The position numbers were made by a program, and so were the translations under genes. 64,000 nt of DNA from Schmidtea polychroa (Eukaryota), in contig CM097885.1 of assembly GCA_044892525.1 (NCBI GenBank), forward strand, positions 22,632,001 to 22,696,000, given 5' to 3'. Below are positions 1 to 14,770 of this stretch, piece by piece (position 1 is the first letter of the stretch; every line of letters begins with the position of its first letter). Below the pieces are notes generated by a model, which was not told the DNA's origin, searched no databases, and saw only the letters and a program-made list of their open reading frames with translations.

Positions 1-1134
1 TTTTCATTTCAAGTTCGTCTTTTACTGGAACCCCTTCTGCCAACTATGTATTCTCGGGAACACACTATACTTTCGCATTTAGTAGGACCTTTTTTTTGCC
101 TAACAATCATAAAAACGATCGTTTTTTGGTATTTAAATCTAGTTTTAGATATCAATCAACCTTATCAATGCTCTTTGTTTACAAAATGATCTTCTTCATT
201 CTTCTTATTATCTGCTACTACTTTTAATAATTCGATTTTTTTAGTAACTTCTTTTGTTGATTTGACTTTAGTAATTTCTTCAGACACTTCAGTAGGCTTG
301 CTTGATTAGAAACATGAGTGTTGGAAAAAAGAAATTATATAAACAATTGATAATTTTTACATAGTAAAAATAGAGGTGAACTTTTGTATAATAAAAATTG
401 ATTAATTAAATACTATATTAAATTAAATTAAACCATACACATGAATAATTATTGATGATAAATATTATTTTTGAGAAATTCATCGTATTGATTAAACGAT
501 AAAACGGCAGATTTTGTATTTAAATAAATTTATATCAAAAAGCTTGGTATTATTCATAACAAAATTTTAAAAATGATAATTTATCGGAAAAACCCTTCCC
601 TTTTTGTTATCTTTGATGTTTTTATAATATAATTCAAAATTTTATCAATTGGAATTATACATAAAAAAAACTTATTGAATTTTCATCTATGCGCAAGAAA
701 TAGTAAAAGAACAACTTTGTTTCTATCACAAATTTTGAATAATAAAAACACGTTTTCTTTTACCTCTGATTTCTATTTATCAGTTGTTAAATATCTAAAA
801 GACGCAATAGAAATTGTTCCTTATTCTATTCATCTAGGTGTTAATCAAGTTTGCTAACATTATAAGTTACAATCCATCAATCTTAATGCATAAACTATTG
901 AAAATCTTCATATCAAACATCGATATTAAAAACTCTTTATTTAAGAAACTGGGAACAACATGATCGATCAATGGGATCAATGAAGACCCTAGATAAGCAG
1001 TTTTCAAACTTTTTGAGCTGCGGAGCCTTCCAAAGACACAAATTTGTTTACGGAACCCACAGTGCTTCACTAATGATTAATTGTGTCTATGTGCTAATCG
1101 ATGATGCCTAACTCCAAAGTGTAGTTTATTTTAG

Positions 1135-1250
1135 CTTTATGAATGCTGCCCATATCTTCACAAAGGATCTTGAAACGCAGTGATTGCAGGGGTTACGATT
1201 TAATGAAATTTATGATCTTTACAGAATCTTCAAGTTCATCTTTCAATAAC
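1135..1250 (-). pseudogene. hAT (Buster/Charlie-like) transposase fragment
   Basis: Manual minus-strand translation LLKDELEDSVKIINFIKS*PLQSLRFKILCEDMGSIHKA resembles the VKIVNFIKSRPLNSRLFxxLCEEMGS segment of Buster/ZBED5-type transposases; in-frame stop. Confidence 0.65.
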
Positions 1251-1317
1251 TTTATATATAAATATATTCAATCAAATGAAATAATTTTCGATTAGAAAAA
1301 TAATCTTTATCAATAAC

Positions 1318-1449
<132 letters not shown>

Positions 1450-1659
1450 ACGGGTCAGTTGCTAAAAAATTACGAGCACAAACAATTTAAGAAGAAATGT
1501 TTTACATTTTGTAAGAAATTCTATAACAATCTTCACCAAGTGTTAAATGATTAAAATTATATAGAATTTTTAATATAATTTTGCTTGCAAAGAATGCACA
1601 AAAATATTTGCCAATCAAAATTACACTAAATTCGCATAAATTTGCAAAATTCAACTTTA

Positions 1660-1935
1660 CCGGAGTATACATCATTCGAGGAACTTCATGAATATATCGA
1701 TTAAAATTTGGTCCAGATAAGTCAGAAGAATCCAGTTCCTGTGGCAATATTCCACTTTCCAGTTGTTTTTTGAATTCTTCAAAATCTGCTTTTGTACCTT
1801 TTAATTTATTTCATTTAATATTATAATTAGGTTGTTTTTCATTTACCAGTAAATACTTCGTAGGATTTATTAGTTTTTTTTTCGGGTCGGATTCTGTCAA
1901 ATGCCTTGATGAGTATATTTTTTGACGGCGAAGGA
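1660..1935 (-). CDS. Two candidate spliced host exons (~1935-1849 and ~1797-1660), product unknown
   Basis: AG/GT boundaries around a ~50-nt AT-rich intron; phase-consistent reading (G)PSPSKNILIKAFDRIRPEKKTNKSYEVFT-G-TKADFEEFKKQLESGILPQELDSSDLSGPNFNRYIHEVPRMMYTP then GTAAAG donor. Confidence 0.5.
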
Positions 1936-1998
1936 CCTAGATAATATGAATTAAGATTTCACTCAAGCTATGAAGTAATAAAGAACACATTAAATTAA

Positions 1999-2608
1999 CC
2001 CCTTTACCGTCAACTTCTTTTTCTAAAATCGACCCTTAATTGGCGACTTTATTTGCGACTATAAAAAAATTAATCTTATAATTATTTTTCTAACATCTTT
2101 ATCAACAATAACGAACAACTAATAACGAATAACAGTAAACAAATTATAACAAATAAAGCAGTTTTTAGTATTGTTGTAAAGTAATGAGTAGTGGATAACA
2201 AGGTACTGAATAAGATGAACAATTGTTTTGCAAGTTTTTGTGTCTTTTGCTCCAACCTTTTGTAAGACATTTTTTGTATTGTCTTCAATTTTATTTATCT
2301 GACACACTAGAACAGCATAATAATAGTTGTTGTGATGATTTAGCCTATAGCGATGGGGTAATACAGCTACATTGAGGTTTGAAACGTTTTCTGAGATTTC
2401 ATGGGAAATGTTTTTTGTATAATTTTTTATTTTGTTTTAGCCCTGCCATACATTCTTGCCCTCAGGAGGGCTAGAGTTGTAGTAGAGTGCATGGTTATTA
2501 TGGCTTGATGTTTCTAAATGACCTAGAACGAGTATACTCGGGTCTGCCGTGCTGCAATACGCTTTCAAATATATAAAACGAGTATCCTCGGGTCTACCGG
2601 TAAAGGGG
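1999..2608. mobile_element. piggyBac-type non-autonomous element
   Basis: TTAA on both sides; TIR CCCCTTTACCG / CGGTAAAGGGG; two subterminal ACGAGTAT-CTCGGGTCT-CCG repeats at the right end. Confidence 0.75.
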
Positions 2609-3080
2609 TTAAAAAACATGTATTCACATTATTGTAATTTCCTCATAAATAATTCATGATAATATAATCTTGCGCCACAAATAAGAAATGTATACAATAA
2701 TGTTTTCTCAACGTACAACTTTAATTTAGCTGAACATTTAATTTATACATAATTGTGGCAAATAAAAACAAAAAAACATTCACCATTCCAAAACATATCT
2801 CTAAAAGAAAAAAAAGCTAATAATATGTTAATAAAATTGAAATTAATTGTTTTCATGGAAAATTAGAAAATACAGTCATATTTCGATATAACGATGCCAT
2901 TTTATAACGATATCTTGTTAAAACGATTAAAATGATTAATGTTTGTATTCCAATATAGTAATCCAAATAAAATTCTCACTATTACTGTTAGATGTTGTTA
3001 TAACATCTTCATTTCTTTCACAATCAAAAGTCATTTTTTATTTATTATAATCAAGATAATATATCGTTTGTAGTGATATA

Positions 3081-3560
3081 CACCTAATTCTGTTTTTACA
3101 CGATAGATACGTTCCTAAAAAATTCGTGTAAAAAAAGATATTGGGTGAATGGAAAAATAGTAGATTGGTTCCAGACCTAAAAAAGCAACAAAAGTACAAT
3201 AAACAAACAAAAGTATAATAATAAATATAAAAATAATCATTGTTAGAGTTCACAAAAGAATTTATTTTTCGTGCTCACACATTTTAATTCATTAAATATA
3301 TTACATAATACAAAATAAATTATAATTTGGAAAAAAGAAAATAATATCAGAAATTCATTAATATAAAAAAAATAAAAATAATATAAATAATATAAACATA
3401 ACAAATATATAATCGACATAATCTAACTGAATTCTGAAGAAGTTAAAATGTATGTATACATAATTTGTGAAAAATGAAAATAAAAAAAAATTAATAGAAC
3501 ATCAAAAAAAATTCTTTTTAATTCGTGTAAAAACATTTCGTGTAAAAACAGAATTAGGTG
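3081..3560. mobile_element. MITE (TA TSD, Tc1/mariner superfamily type)
   Basis: Perfect 23-bp TIR CACCTAATTCTGTTTTTACACGA, TA both sides, internal TCGTGTAAAAA repeats. Confidence 0.85.
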
Positions 3561-4599
3561 TATTAACAATTTTAGAATGAGCAGTTTATTTTCATTTAAT
3601 CTAATTTTTATGTTTAATAATAAAAATATTTATTTAAAAATAACATTCGAAATTTTAAAATAACAAAACCAACTTTAACTAATTTAGCTTATTTAACATA
3701 TTTTAGATTTAAACTAATTTTATTTTTCCTTTAAAATACTTATTTAATTTAATTTAATTTTAAAGTTCATTGATAATTATATCCGAATATCCTCACAATT
3801 ACGATATCTGACTAAAATTATATTCTGATCCTAAAGATGAAATTTCTCACTTTTTTAATGTTACCACGAGTTTTGATGCTATTGAAACTTACTTAGTAAA
3901 TAATATGTATTCTCAACTGTATCTTAAAATAAGGAAAGTTAAAATCAAAAATCATTTCTAAAAGAGAAAAATTGCAAACAAAACTTACAAATTATCTCAT
4001 TACAAAGATTGAAACTAGCGAGTTGTTAAGAAGTCATTATTGAGCTACAACTGATGTTGATAAAATATTTATTTTCTTTGAATAAATACTTATTCGAGTG
4101 GAAATGCCCGCCTTCAGCATCTTTGTACTAAATATTCTTCATCTTGACGATGCTTGGCTTTTTAAAATCATTTTAGCATCAATCAGGACGTTATGACACT
4201 AATTATTTGAGAAAATAAAACTTGTGCTGTAAAAGACTTTGCCCCTTTATATAATGGATTACTAATGTATTATTTGTAATATTTTATAGATAATCACTTT
4301 TTTCAAATGTTACAAGCGGTTTAATAAATTGAAGTTTTGACGGGTCGTTTTTAATGCTAATCACACGCTGAATCCGATAAGATATTTATTAAAATTAATT
4401 AAATTTCTCAATAATATCTGGAAATAATTTTAATTAAATCCGTTTTATACGTTGTGAAATGTCATCACTCATTTCATCAAATGAGAAACATAAATATATT
4501 GCATTGTCATAAGTAAATGGACACGTGAAAAATTATAATTGTTAACACCCATGAACAAATACTGAGTCTTATCCATGATGAACAATTATATTTCGCTCT

Positions 4600-4696
4600 C
4601 TAATATCTCGTAGATTTTTTCCGTAGCATTAAAAATATCAGTTACATGTTGTGGCATTGAATGTATAAGTTTATTGATAGTTTCTTGGGGAATTGC
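4600..4696 (-). pseudogene. Tc1 transposase C-terminal fragment
   Basis: Translation AIPQETINKLIHSMPQHVTDIFNA matches the Tc1 C-terminal IPxExIxxLIxSMPxR motif. Confidence 0.6.
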
Positions 4697-5232
4697 TTAC
4701 CATTCCTCTTGAAGGGCGACCAATAGACTTACAGCTGATGTTTGCTTGCATTGTCACTTTCTTAAGACCTTATCCAAGAGAAATCAAACATTTTCAATGG
4801 GATATTACAGTTACCTTATTTATAAAATACAAAATTTCATTTATATATGATAATATCTATAAATATATTTTTAAAAAACACAATAGTGAATTTTTATAAT
4901 AAATTCTTCCAATAACAATATTCTCGTTATAGTGATGTACTTTATCAAGTCCCAAAGAAATCGTTATATCAAAATGACTGTAATTCTTTAATCAAATAAT
5001 TGCGCTTTATAAAATGGTTAACTTTTTAATAACTCAGAATATTTAAAATATTTTATATTCGTGCTATACAACAAATTTGTGATAAAATATTTAATATAAA
5101 AAACAGTTAATTGTAAAAGGATTTTTTAACATTTACTATTTCTATATCAATTACAAATGATTAATAACACTTGATAAAGGATATGGCGAAAATTTATGTT
5201 TCAATTTAATTTTTTGATTGTGATTTTACTAA

Positions 5233-6108
5233 GGGAACGTTCATAAATTACGTAACGCTAAAAATCGACTTTTTTGAACCTACTTCCCCTTGTAACAAAT
5301 CATAACAAATTCTGAATCCCCCCCTGTCGCGTAACGTAACAAAACATTTTAAAGTTCATATTTTGATAAAATAATTTTTTTTAAATCAATTTTAACTTAC
5401 TTTCATTTTATTTGTTCTCATCATTTTTCAATATATTATTTAACTTCAAAATTATTCATTCTCCCAGGGGCACTGAAATTGTTTATCTAAGCTTATTACT
5501 GGAATATTTCCTTCCACGACTGATTGTAAGATTATCGCATTGGCTAAGTCGAAATAATTTTCGTCAATCCATTCGCTTGTTTAAATTCCAACTGATTCTT
5601 CAGTTATAACCATAAATTCATCATTTCGTTTCTGTAGTACTCTTTTTGGCTGGATTATTGTTTTTATCATATCTTTTTCTTTTGTGTGTATTTTGCGGTG
5701 ATTATGGATTAATGTTAAGGAAGCAAAAAAAATTCCACATTTAGGACAAGTGCGAGATTTGATTTTTTGTTTGATACTTGGGCAACAGTTATCATAGGGC
5801 TTGTCAGCAACGCCGAATGCAAGACTTTGAAATAATGATGTATATTTGAAATTCTCGTTTTCAACTGAAGCTATGCCAATCATAGGCGAGTAACCCAGTG
5901 ATATTGGCGGTGGTAAAACTCGAGATTTGAGCACTTTTGGATTTTTGAAAACTTTTAATGAAGTCTAATAAATTTCCTTTGTTATTTGAAAATTTCTCTG
6001 TGTTACATAACAAAATCTTTGACCCCTATCCATTTGTAACTCTCCGTAACAAATTTCAAGACCCTTCTCCCTTCCCCTTTAAGCGTTACGTAATTTACGA
6101 ACGTTCCC
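5233..6108 (-). mobile_element. Internally deleted TIR DNA transposon with TAA TSD and C2H2-containing ORF remnant (5581-5934)
   Basis: 27-bp TIR GGGAACGTTC(A/G)TAAATTACGTAACGCT with one mismatch; TAA on both sides; remnant PYDNCCPS...CPKCGIFF...HNHRKIH. Superfamily not assigned. Confidence 0.8.
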
Positions 6109-6243
6109 TAATATAAAAATAGTAATTTTTAATTGGATCACAAACCAATTGACTTTATTTATTCGAAAAATTGACTTTATTTACCTCAAATAAATTTCAT
6201 CGTAATTTTCAATTTTTAAAAATGAATTACAATGAAAAAAATA

Positions 6244-6807
6244 CAAAAGTAACGCTCTATTTTATATATATTAAATTTTTTAATCTTAATCCCATTTTTT
6301 AAAATTAATCCCATATTCTAATAGCACGTGTTTCATATTTTTTCCATGCCAATCCTTAGCACTTTAGAAAGAACCAAACTGATGGAAATGTATTATTCTA
6401 ACGGAAAGTCGAATATTCTGACTCAAAGATCGTTTGCAAAATATTTTAATGTATCAAATATATCCTTCAAGATCCACTATTTTTCGACTTGTATCAAAGT
6501 TTGAAACATCGGGATCTGTTATAAACCTTCCAAAGATAGGACGACCAAGGTCTATCAGAATTTCAGATACGATTGAGTCCGTTGAGGATAGTGTTAGACT
6601 TCAACCACAAACATCAACAAGGAGACGATCTTCAGAACTTGGGATATCAAGAACGTCACTAAGAAGAATTTTAGCAATTGATTTAGAGATGGCAGCATAT
6701 AAGGTTCAAATCAGCCAAAAATTAAATACTGGGGATTATTCAAAAAGGCTTGTTCTGTCGATAGTTATTAAAAAAATAAAATAGAGCGTTACTTTTGGCC
6801 CACCCTG
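6244..6807 (+). mobile_element. Tc1/mariner (maT/DD37D-like) deletion derivative with N-terminal HTH remnant (ORF 6434-6784)
   Basis: PSRSTIFRLVSKFETSGSV...GRPRS...PQTSTRRRSSELGISRTSLRRIL paired-like HTH; right TIR ends CACCCTG-TA; left TIR CAAAAGTAACGCTCTATTTT truncated. Confidence 0.75.
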
Positions 6808-7049
6808 TACAAATATCTATTATAAATTTTGTTTAAAATTTTGTTTTTGGACAAAATATTTTTTAATATCAAAAAAATGCATTAACATTGAGTTGACTTC
6901 AATAAAAGCTGAATATAAAGAAAAACTAATTTCTCCGAATAGTTAAGTAATCTATACGGAGAAAGATTCGCAACTTATATATGTTGGAGGTCATTGGAGG
7001 TCATTGCAACGAGGTCAATTGTTTAATAATAAAACTTGAATATAAAATA

Positions 7050-7247
7050 CCAACTTAATTCGGCTGGTGGATTATTTGATATATTTTCTATTGATGACTT
7101 TGAATGGGATTTAATTGAATTGGAAGTCGTCAGTTTCAAATCAAGAACCAAACGTTCTTCATTCGATTTTAATTCTTTGAGTGCAGAAAAGTTTTCATGG
7201 CTGCGTGATACATGTATAGCAGTAATAGGTTCAGAAAGACAATGATT
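7050..7247 (-). CDS. Candidate host exon, product unknown
   Basis: Open minus frame NHCLSEPITAIHVSRSHENFSALKELKSNEERLVLDLKLTTSNSIKSHSKSSIENISNNPPAELS between TTCAG acceptor and GTATT donor. Confidence 0.35.
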
Positions 7248-7273
7248 CTGAATAGTAAATAACGAAATTTAAA

Positions 7274-7329
<56 letters not shown>

Positions 7330-8929
7330 GTAAAACGATACGAATAAACTTTAATAATTTTAGATGTTTCATTTTGATTTCTCTGATAAATTACTGTCAA
7401 AGTTATACAAAAAAAAACTATGTAAAAAGAAATTAAATTTAGAATTCATCAACATTTATTCAAAATAATGGCTTTATTTCGTTCGAAAACCCTTTGAAAG
7501 ATTTGGAATAAGTGTTCTGTTCATTTTGGGAATCTGTGTCGAAGGATTACATACAAATTCATCCAAATCCTTGGTGACTTAATTTACAAATTATTAATTT
7601 TTTCCGTTTCTTTTACATTAAATATTTTAAGCATACCATAGTAATGTGTTTCATAACTAATTTATATGTTCAGAAATTTCTAGTGCAATCAACTTATCTA
7701 TTCCTTAACCAGTCACTGCTAATTTTCTGTCTCCTGGGAATTCATTAACTTGGTTCGACTTGAACATTATCTTGATTTATGACCATGCGAAGATGAATAA
7801 ATTTTATCAGAATTTTTCACATAACCCTTTGATATTTTAATTTCATTTGCGATAAAACGAATAATTTACCAGAGCAATAATAGAACTGAATTTGCTCTGG
7901 GGCGGGGCGGGGCGGGGCGGGCGGTGTTTTAACCAATCTGACGAAATATGAAACTTCAAATCTTGATTCGAAATACCAGAAAATTTGTATAACAAATAAT
8001 TAATAAACAATACAAATTACAAGGACATGCTGGAATTGTCTAAATATCTTTATCCTTAAATTGCACCTTAATGACCAGCCAGCAATCGCAAAATATAATT
8101 TACATTTAATAATTAATATCTCAATCATTTATAAAACTTCAAAATTATTTAAGAATCATTAAGTAGCTTTAAAATAAACTATATATTAAATGTAATTATT
8201 TAAATATTGAATATAATTGGGAAAAGCATAATATTTGGAAAAACATACGGACTAAAATAATAACCGGACAATACACAAAATTATAAAATGATTTCATTAC
8301 AAAATTAATAATAGTTATGTTTTGTAATCATATTGCTACACAGTTTTCCAATTATTACATACCAGAAAACATAAATTTATTTACAAGAAAATTTAATTAT
8401 TATTAAACAAAAATAATAATAAATGTAAGAAAACATAACTGTCATTAATAATGCAAAACAAATGACAAATTTTATAATAATAAATATAAAAGGATTTAAA
8501 TGTCTGGTTTTGAGTGAAAAATTTATTAATGTTTGTTTAAATGAAATCAAATTAATAAAAACAACATTAAAATCTTGGGAAAATTTTCCAAAATACAAAA
8601 ATTCGAAAATTCCCTGTAATATTTCAAAAGATATAGTATCAAATTTCCTATGGAAAACATTCAGTAAAATTTTTTAATAATTTCCTATTCAAAAATTTGA
8701 AGTCAAAAATGTGAAATTTAAAACACCCATAAAACAAAATAGGAAGATCACTGAAACGTTTTCTTAAGGAAAAAATTGAAAAGTATTTCTCACAAAAGAC
8801 TGAGTGAAATCTTTTTTTAAAAGAAAACAAAAAATAATTTTTCCCCTGAAAAAATCTCATTTATAATTTATTTTAAACTTTTTTAAGGGCTAAATAAAAT
8901 TTATAAAAAGTTACGTAAGGAATCAACTA

Positions 8930-10188
8930 CAGTAACATCCTGCTTAAGTACGCAAAAAATTTGGTATGCATCCCGGCTAAGTACGCATAAAAAATATAAA
9001 AAACTTGGATCAATATTTATTATGCAAAAAATTAAAGAAACCCGAGCAAAATTATTTTATAAAATGGAAAACAGATAAGATAAAAGTTAACTATTAAATG
9101 AAAAGAAAAAAGACAGATTTACACTTTTAAGAATTTTTATTTAGAAACATATCATAAAGTGTCAACTGCACATTTTTTTTGTTTTTATTTTTTGAAATCG
9201 ATGCTATTTTCATAAATTTTTTTTGAAAGTTTTCAAAAGAGCATAGAAGATCACCACCTGCTGAATATCGAACATCTGGACATAATAGCTGATTTTCTAT
9301 GTTTATTGCCATTTCACACAAGTTGTCAAAGCCTGCAAACTTGATTAGACACTCGTTTTTTTTCTAAATCGAAATCGTCCGGTAGAGGCCTTTTATCTGG
9401 TACTTCTTCCACATTTTCCAAAACATCTTCTAAATCTTTGAGAATTTCTTGAATGTATTCTTCAGTATTTTCCTCGTCAATTTTTCAAAGTTCACAGCAT
9501 CGTTGACGTCAATTTCAATGCTTACTCTTGCAAACATTGAAATGATTTCATTTATCCATTCGTTCTCAGAATTCTCAGCAGGAACGGGTGTAAGTTTCAT
9601 TATCTCAACAGGAACAGGGGTAAGTGTCATTATCTCAGCTTTGGCAAAAGAGTTTCTGATTTTCTCTGCTGAGATGGTGTCCCATGCCTCCTTAACAAAA
9701 TTGGCAGCATCTAATAAATGTGCTGCATTATCAACACCAGCTGCACCCCTTGATAGTCGTTTTTCTTGAGCATCTTTGATGCTTTTTAAACTATCATCAA
9801 TTTCATAATACTTTAACACTTCTTTGAGATACAAATATTTATACCACTTTTTCAGGGCTGCAATAATACCCATATCACATGGCTGTTTCCAGCTCGTGCA
9901 ATTAGGTGGGAAAAATGCAACCTCCACATTACCTCATTCAAATGCCTCAAAATGTCCCGGTGCATTGTCCATAAGCAAGAGAACTGGCCTTTCAGTTCTC
10001 TTTTTGGTTTCTGGATAAACAACTGTATTAAACCACTTCCAACAGGTCGCAACATTAATCCAAGCTCTCGATTGAAAGAAATATTTAACCGGCCATTTTC
10101 GATTTCTTATGCATGCTGGACGTTTTGGTTTCCCAATAACTGTGCAAATTATTCTAGTAATACATTTTATTATATCCGGAAGTTACTG
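8930..10188 (-). mobile_element. pogo/Tigger-like element with degenerate DDE_1 transposase (ORF 9430-9927)
   Basis: VAFFPPNCTSWKQPCDMGIIAALKKWYK motif; imperfect TIRs TA-CAGTAACATCC / GGAAGTTACTG-TA. Confidence 0.8.
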
Positions 10189-10432
10189 TAATACTAAAAT
10201 CTTGTTGATGAAATCGAAACGTCTGAATAGCTTATACGTAGAGTAAAACTTGTATATCTATTTTACTACAATAAACCATGAAAACTAAATTACATTATCA
10301 ATATAAAGTTATACATTCTTTTTATGAGAAATTTCTGAATAATTTATTTGGTATTATATGACATAGAAAGGGCTTGCAAATATAAATATATGTTCTTTAT
10401 TATAAGAAATTTTTTTCCAATTTCATTTGAAT

Positions 10433-10515
10433 TCACTTGAAAAAGGCAGTGCCGAAAATTCGTGAATATCAACAAACATCGATATATTACTGATTTAGTC
10501 TTCAAGCTCTCTTTT
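10433..10515 (+). repeat. Dispersed repeat family (GGCAGTGCCGAAAATTCGTGAATATCAACAAACATCGATATATTACTGATTT)
   Basis: Related copies at ~47345-47415 (-), ~59927-60070 (+) and ~29592-29720 (-); associated AATCAGTGGTGAAAATTG motif also at ~18198. Confidence 0.75.
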
Positions 10516-11486
10516 TAATATATATGTTCTTTAATCTTTATATTATCAAACGATTTTAAGTTTGCTTAGGTGTCTAAAAGTTACAAATTTCTTCTCAGTT
10601 TATATTTAATTTAATAATCGAATAATTAAAACAAATGATACTCCAATTATTTTCTTTATTATTTTAACTTATTACAACGTTAACAATACCAAAAGGTTTT
10701 TATTAATATTAAAAAAGTAAATTAATTACACTATTTTTCATTAAGTTTTGCTACGTTTCAGAATTTATTAAGATTTTTAGGATCAGGAAATGAAACTGAA
10801 CCTATCATATATGTGGTTAATATTCTTGTCTTATTAGTCAATTACACAAGATTAAAAGAATTTTAAAAAGTTTTGTGGCATTAATCAAAAGAAACTTGTA
10901 CGTACAGATAAATGCGAAGTCATTTCAAATTTTAAAAGGACACTTGATTAATACATAAGTATTGACTACCCAGCGGCGTTTTGATTGAGTAGCAAAAGCA
11001 AATATTGCTTCAGGATTCATTTCAATATACAATTGTCAAATTTACCTCTGCAAAATCTTAAAAAATTATTTTTTGATAAATAAAAAATATAACACATTTT
11101 GGTTTAGAAACAAAAAAGTTTTAAATTGCATTTTATTTTTATACAAACGTATTTTTTGATTTATTTAAACTTATTCAAACTGTTTCTTGATATATTTCAT
11201 TAATACGAAAATATTTCAAAATGTTTAGCTGCCAAAGACACCAAAAATAAGTTTTCTTGTGGGCCTAAAATATATAGTTACACCACTGTGACAATTCCAG
11301 ATTTTTATGTTCATTTTAAACACAGCTTTGATCGAAAAAAGTTTGTGCCCGTTTATGATTCTCTATGGATATTTTGAAATATTGGTTAACCAGAAAAGAA
11401 CTATAACTTATATACTATTTTACACTATATACAGGGGTAATCATATTTTTCCGTACACATAAAAAATGTTTAAAAATAAAACTTCC

Positions 11487-13524
<2,038 letters not shown>

Positions 13525-13613
<89 letters not shown>
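13525..13613. repeat. (TAA)n microsatellite, right flank of Penelope-like element
   Basis: Direct tandem repeat. Confidence 0.95.
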
Positions 13614-13680
13614 CAAATAATAATCAAAAATAAATCAGATTATTAGCTAAAATAAAAAATAATAATAAAGAAGTACTCAC

Positions 13681-14770
13681 ATTATTTATATGCAAACTTT
13701 TACTAGAATCTGGCCTAAAAACGCCGATAATCTCATTGTAAGTGGCATGAGCCTGTGAGGAAGACAGTGCATCTTGAAAGATACTGGGATTAAAATAAAA
13801 TTTCAAATGAATATTATTGTCGTTGGTAATCAAATCATATTTGGCAGTACTAAAATCGGTTGATATAATTTCATTTCCGGTTCCTATTTTAGTTCGTTTA
13901 TGTGGACTTTCGATTCCAAATAACTTTACTTCACCGGCTTTAATTACAAAATCGTTGGCTTTCTAACATGAAAATAAAGTAAATTTACATAAAAATGCAA
14001 ACAAGAAACAACTTCATGACGAAGACTTTTCAAACGTTTACGAAACCGAGCACCACTATCAGTACTCTCCAAAATATAATCTTTGAAACTTTTAGAATAA
14101 ACCTACATTAAATATTTTCCATGAAGATAAAATAAAATATAAAACAAAAAATTTTATCAAAATAATTTGAGTAAGATTTAAATAACAAAGTCGAAGTATC
14201 GTTTTAGCTATGAAGTATTTCAAATCAGTTTTCAACATCCATTGAATAAATATATTGTTGATTTTAATGTAGAATAAAAACATTTACAAAAACAACAATT
14301 GTTCAAATATGCAGGTTAGTTTGCAAAATACATGCCAAATTGGTCAAAGTTGAAACAGGTTGGAATCTGAGTAGAACAAAATTAATCGTTTCATAACACT
14401 TTATTAAGTAAAGGTTGGCCTTATTTAAAATTTTTATAAGCAATGAGACAATTAATACAAAATTTATCTTACATGAACCAGATACCTTTAAATACACAAA
14501 TACAACTTTTAAACAAGTTGACAGAATTCAAATTTTGTAGCCAAACATCCTTGCTTAAAAATACGAGGAAAACCATTTCCATAGGTCGATTTCACTTTTG
14601 ACTGGATTCGGATGAATTCCAGTATTGCTAAAACTCCTAGCAATTGGTTTCAAAACGATTCTGTACCAAAGCTTACAAAATATTCTTAAGCACAGCACAT
14701 TGATAAAGTAAAAGTTGAATTTAGCATTTCTATAGTAAAAACTAACTGTGTTTTCTTCGATATACATATT
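13681..14770 (-). CDS. Cluster of candidate host exons (best supported ~13962-13681), product unknown
   Basis: Open frame KANDFVIKAGEVKLFGIESPHKRTKIGTGNEIISTDFSTAKYDLITNDNNIHLKFYFNPSIFQDALSSSQAHATYNEIIGVFRPDSSKSLHINN ending at GTGAGT donor; further GC-richer blocks separated by short AT-rich gaps. Confidence 0.45.

Larger units (their letters stand above)
2873..4980. mobile_element. Old pogo/Tc1-mariner-type TIR element containing nested insertions
   Basis: TA-CAGTCATATTTCGATATAACGAT ... ATCGTTATATCAAAATGACTG-TA imperfect TIRs with TA flanks. Confidence 0.55.

Noticed and set aside
1..310. Possible continuation of the minus-strand host gene
   Set aside because: Candidate frames hit stops and the window edge prevents resolution.
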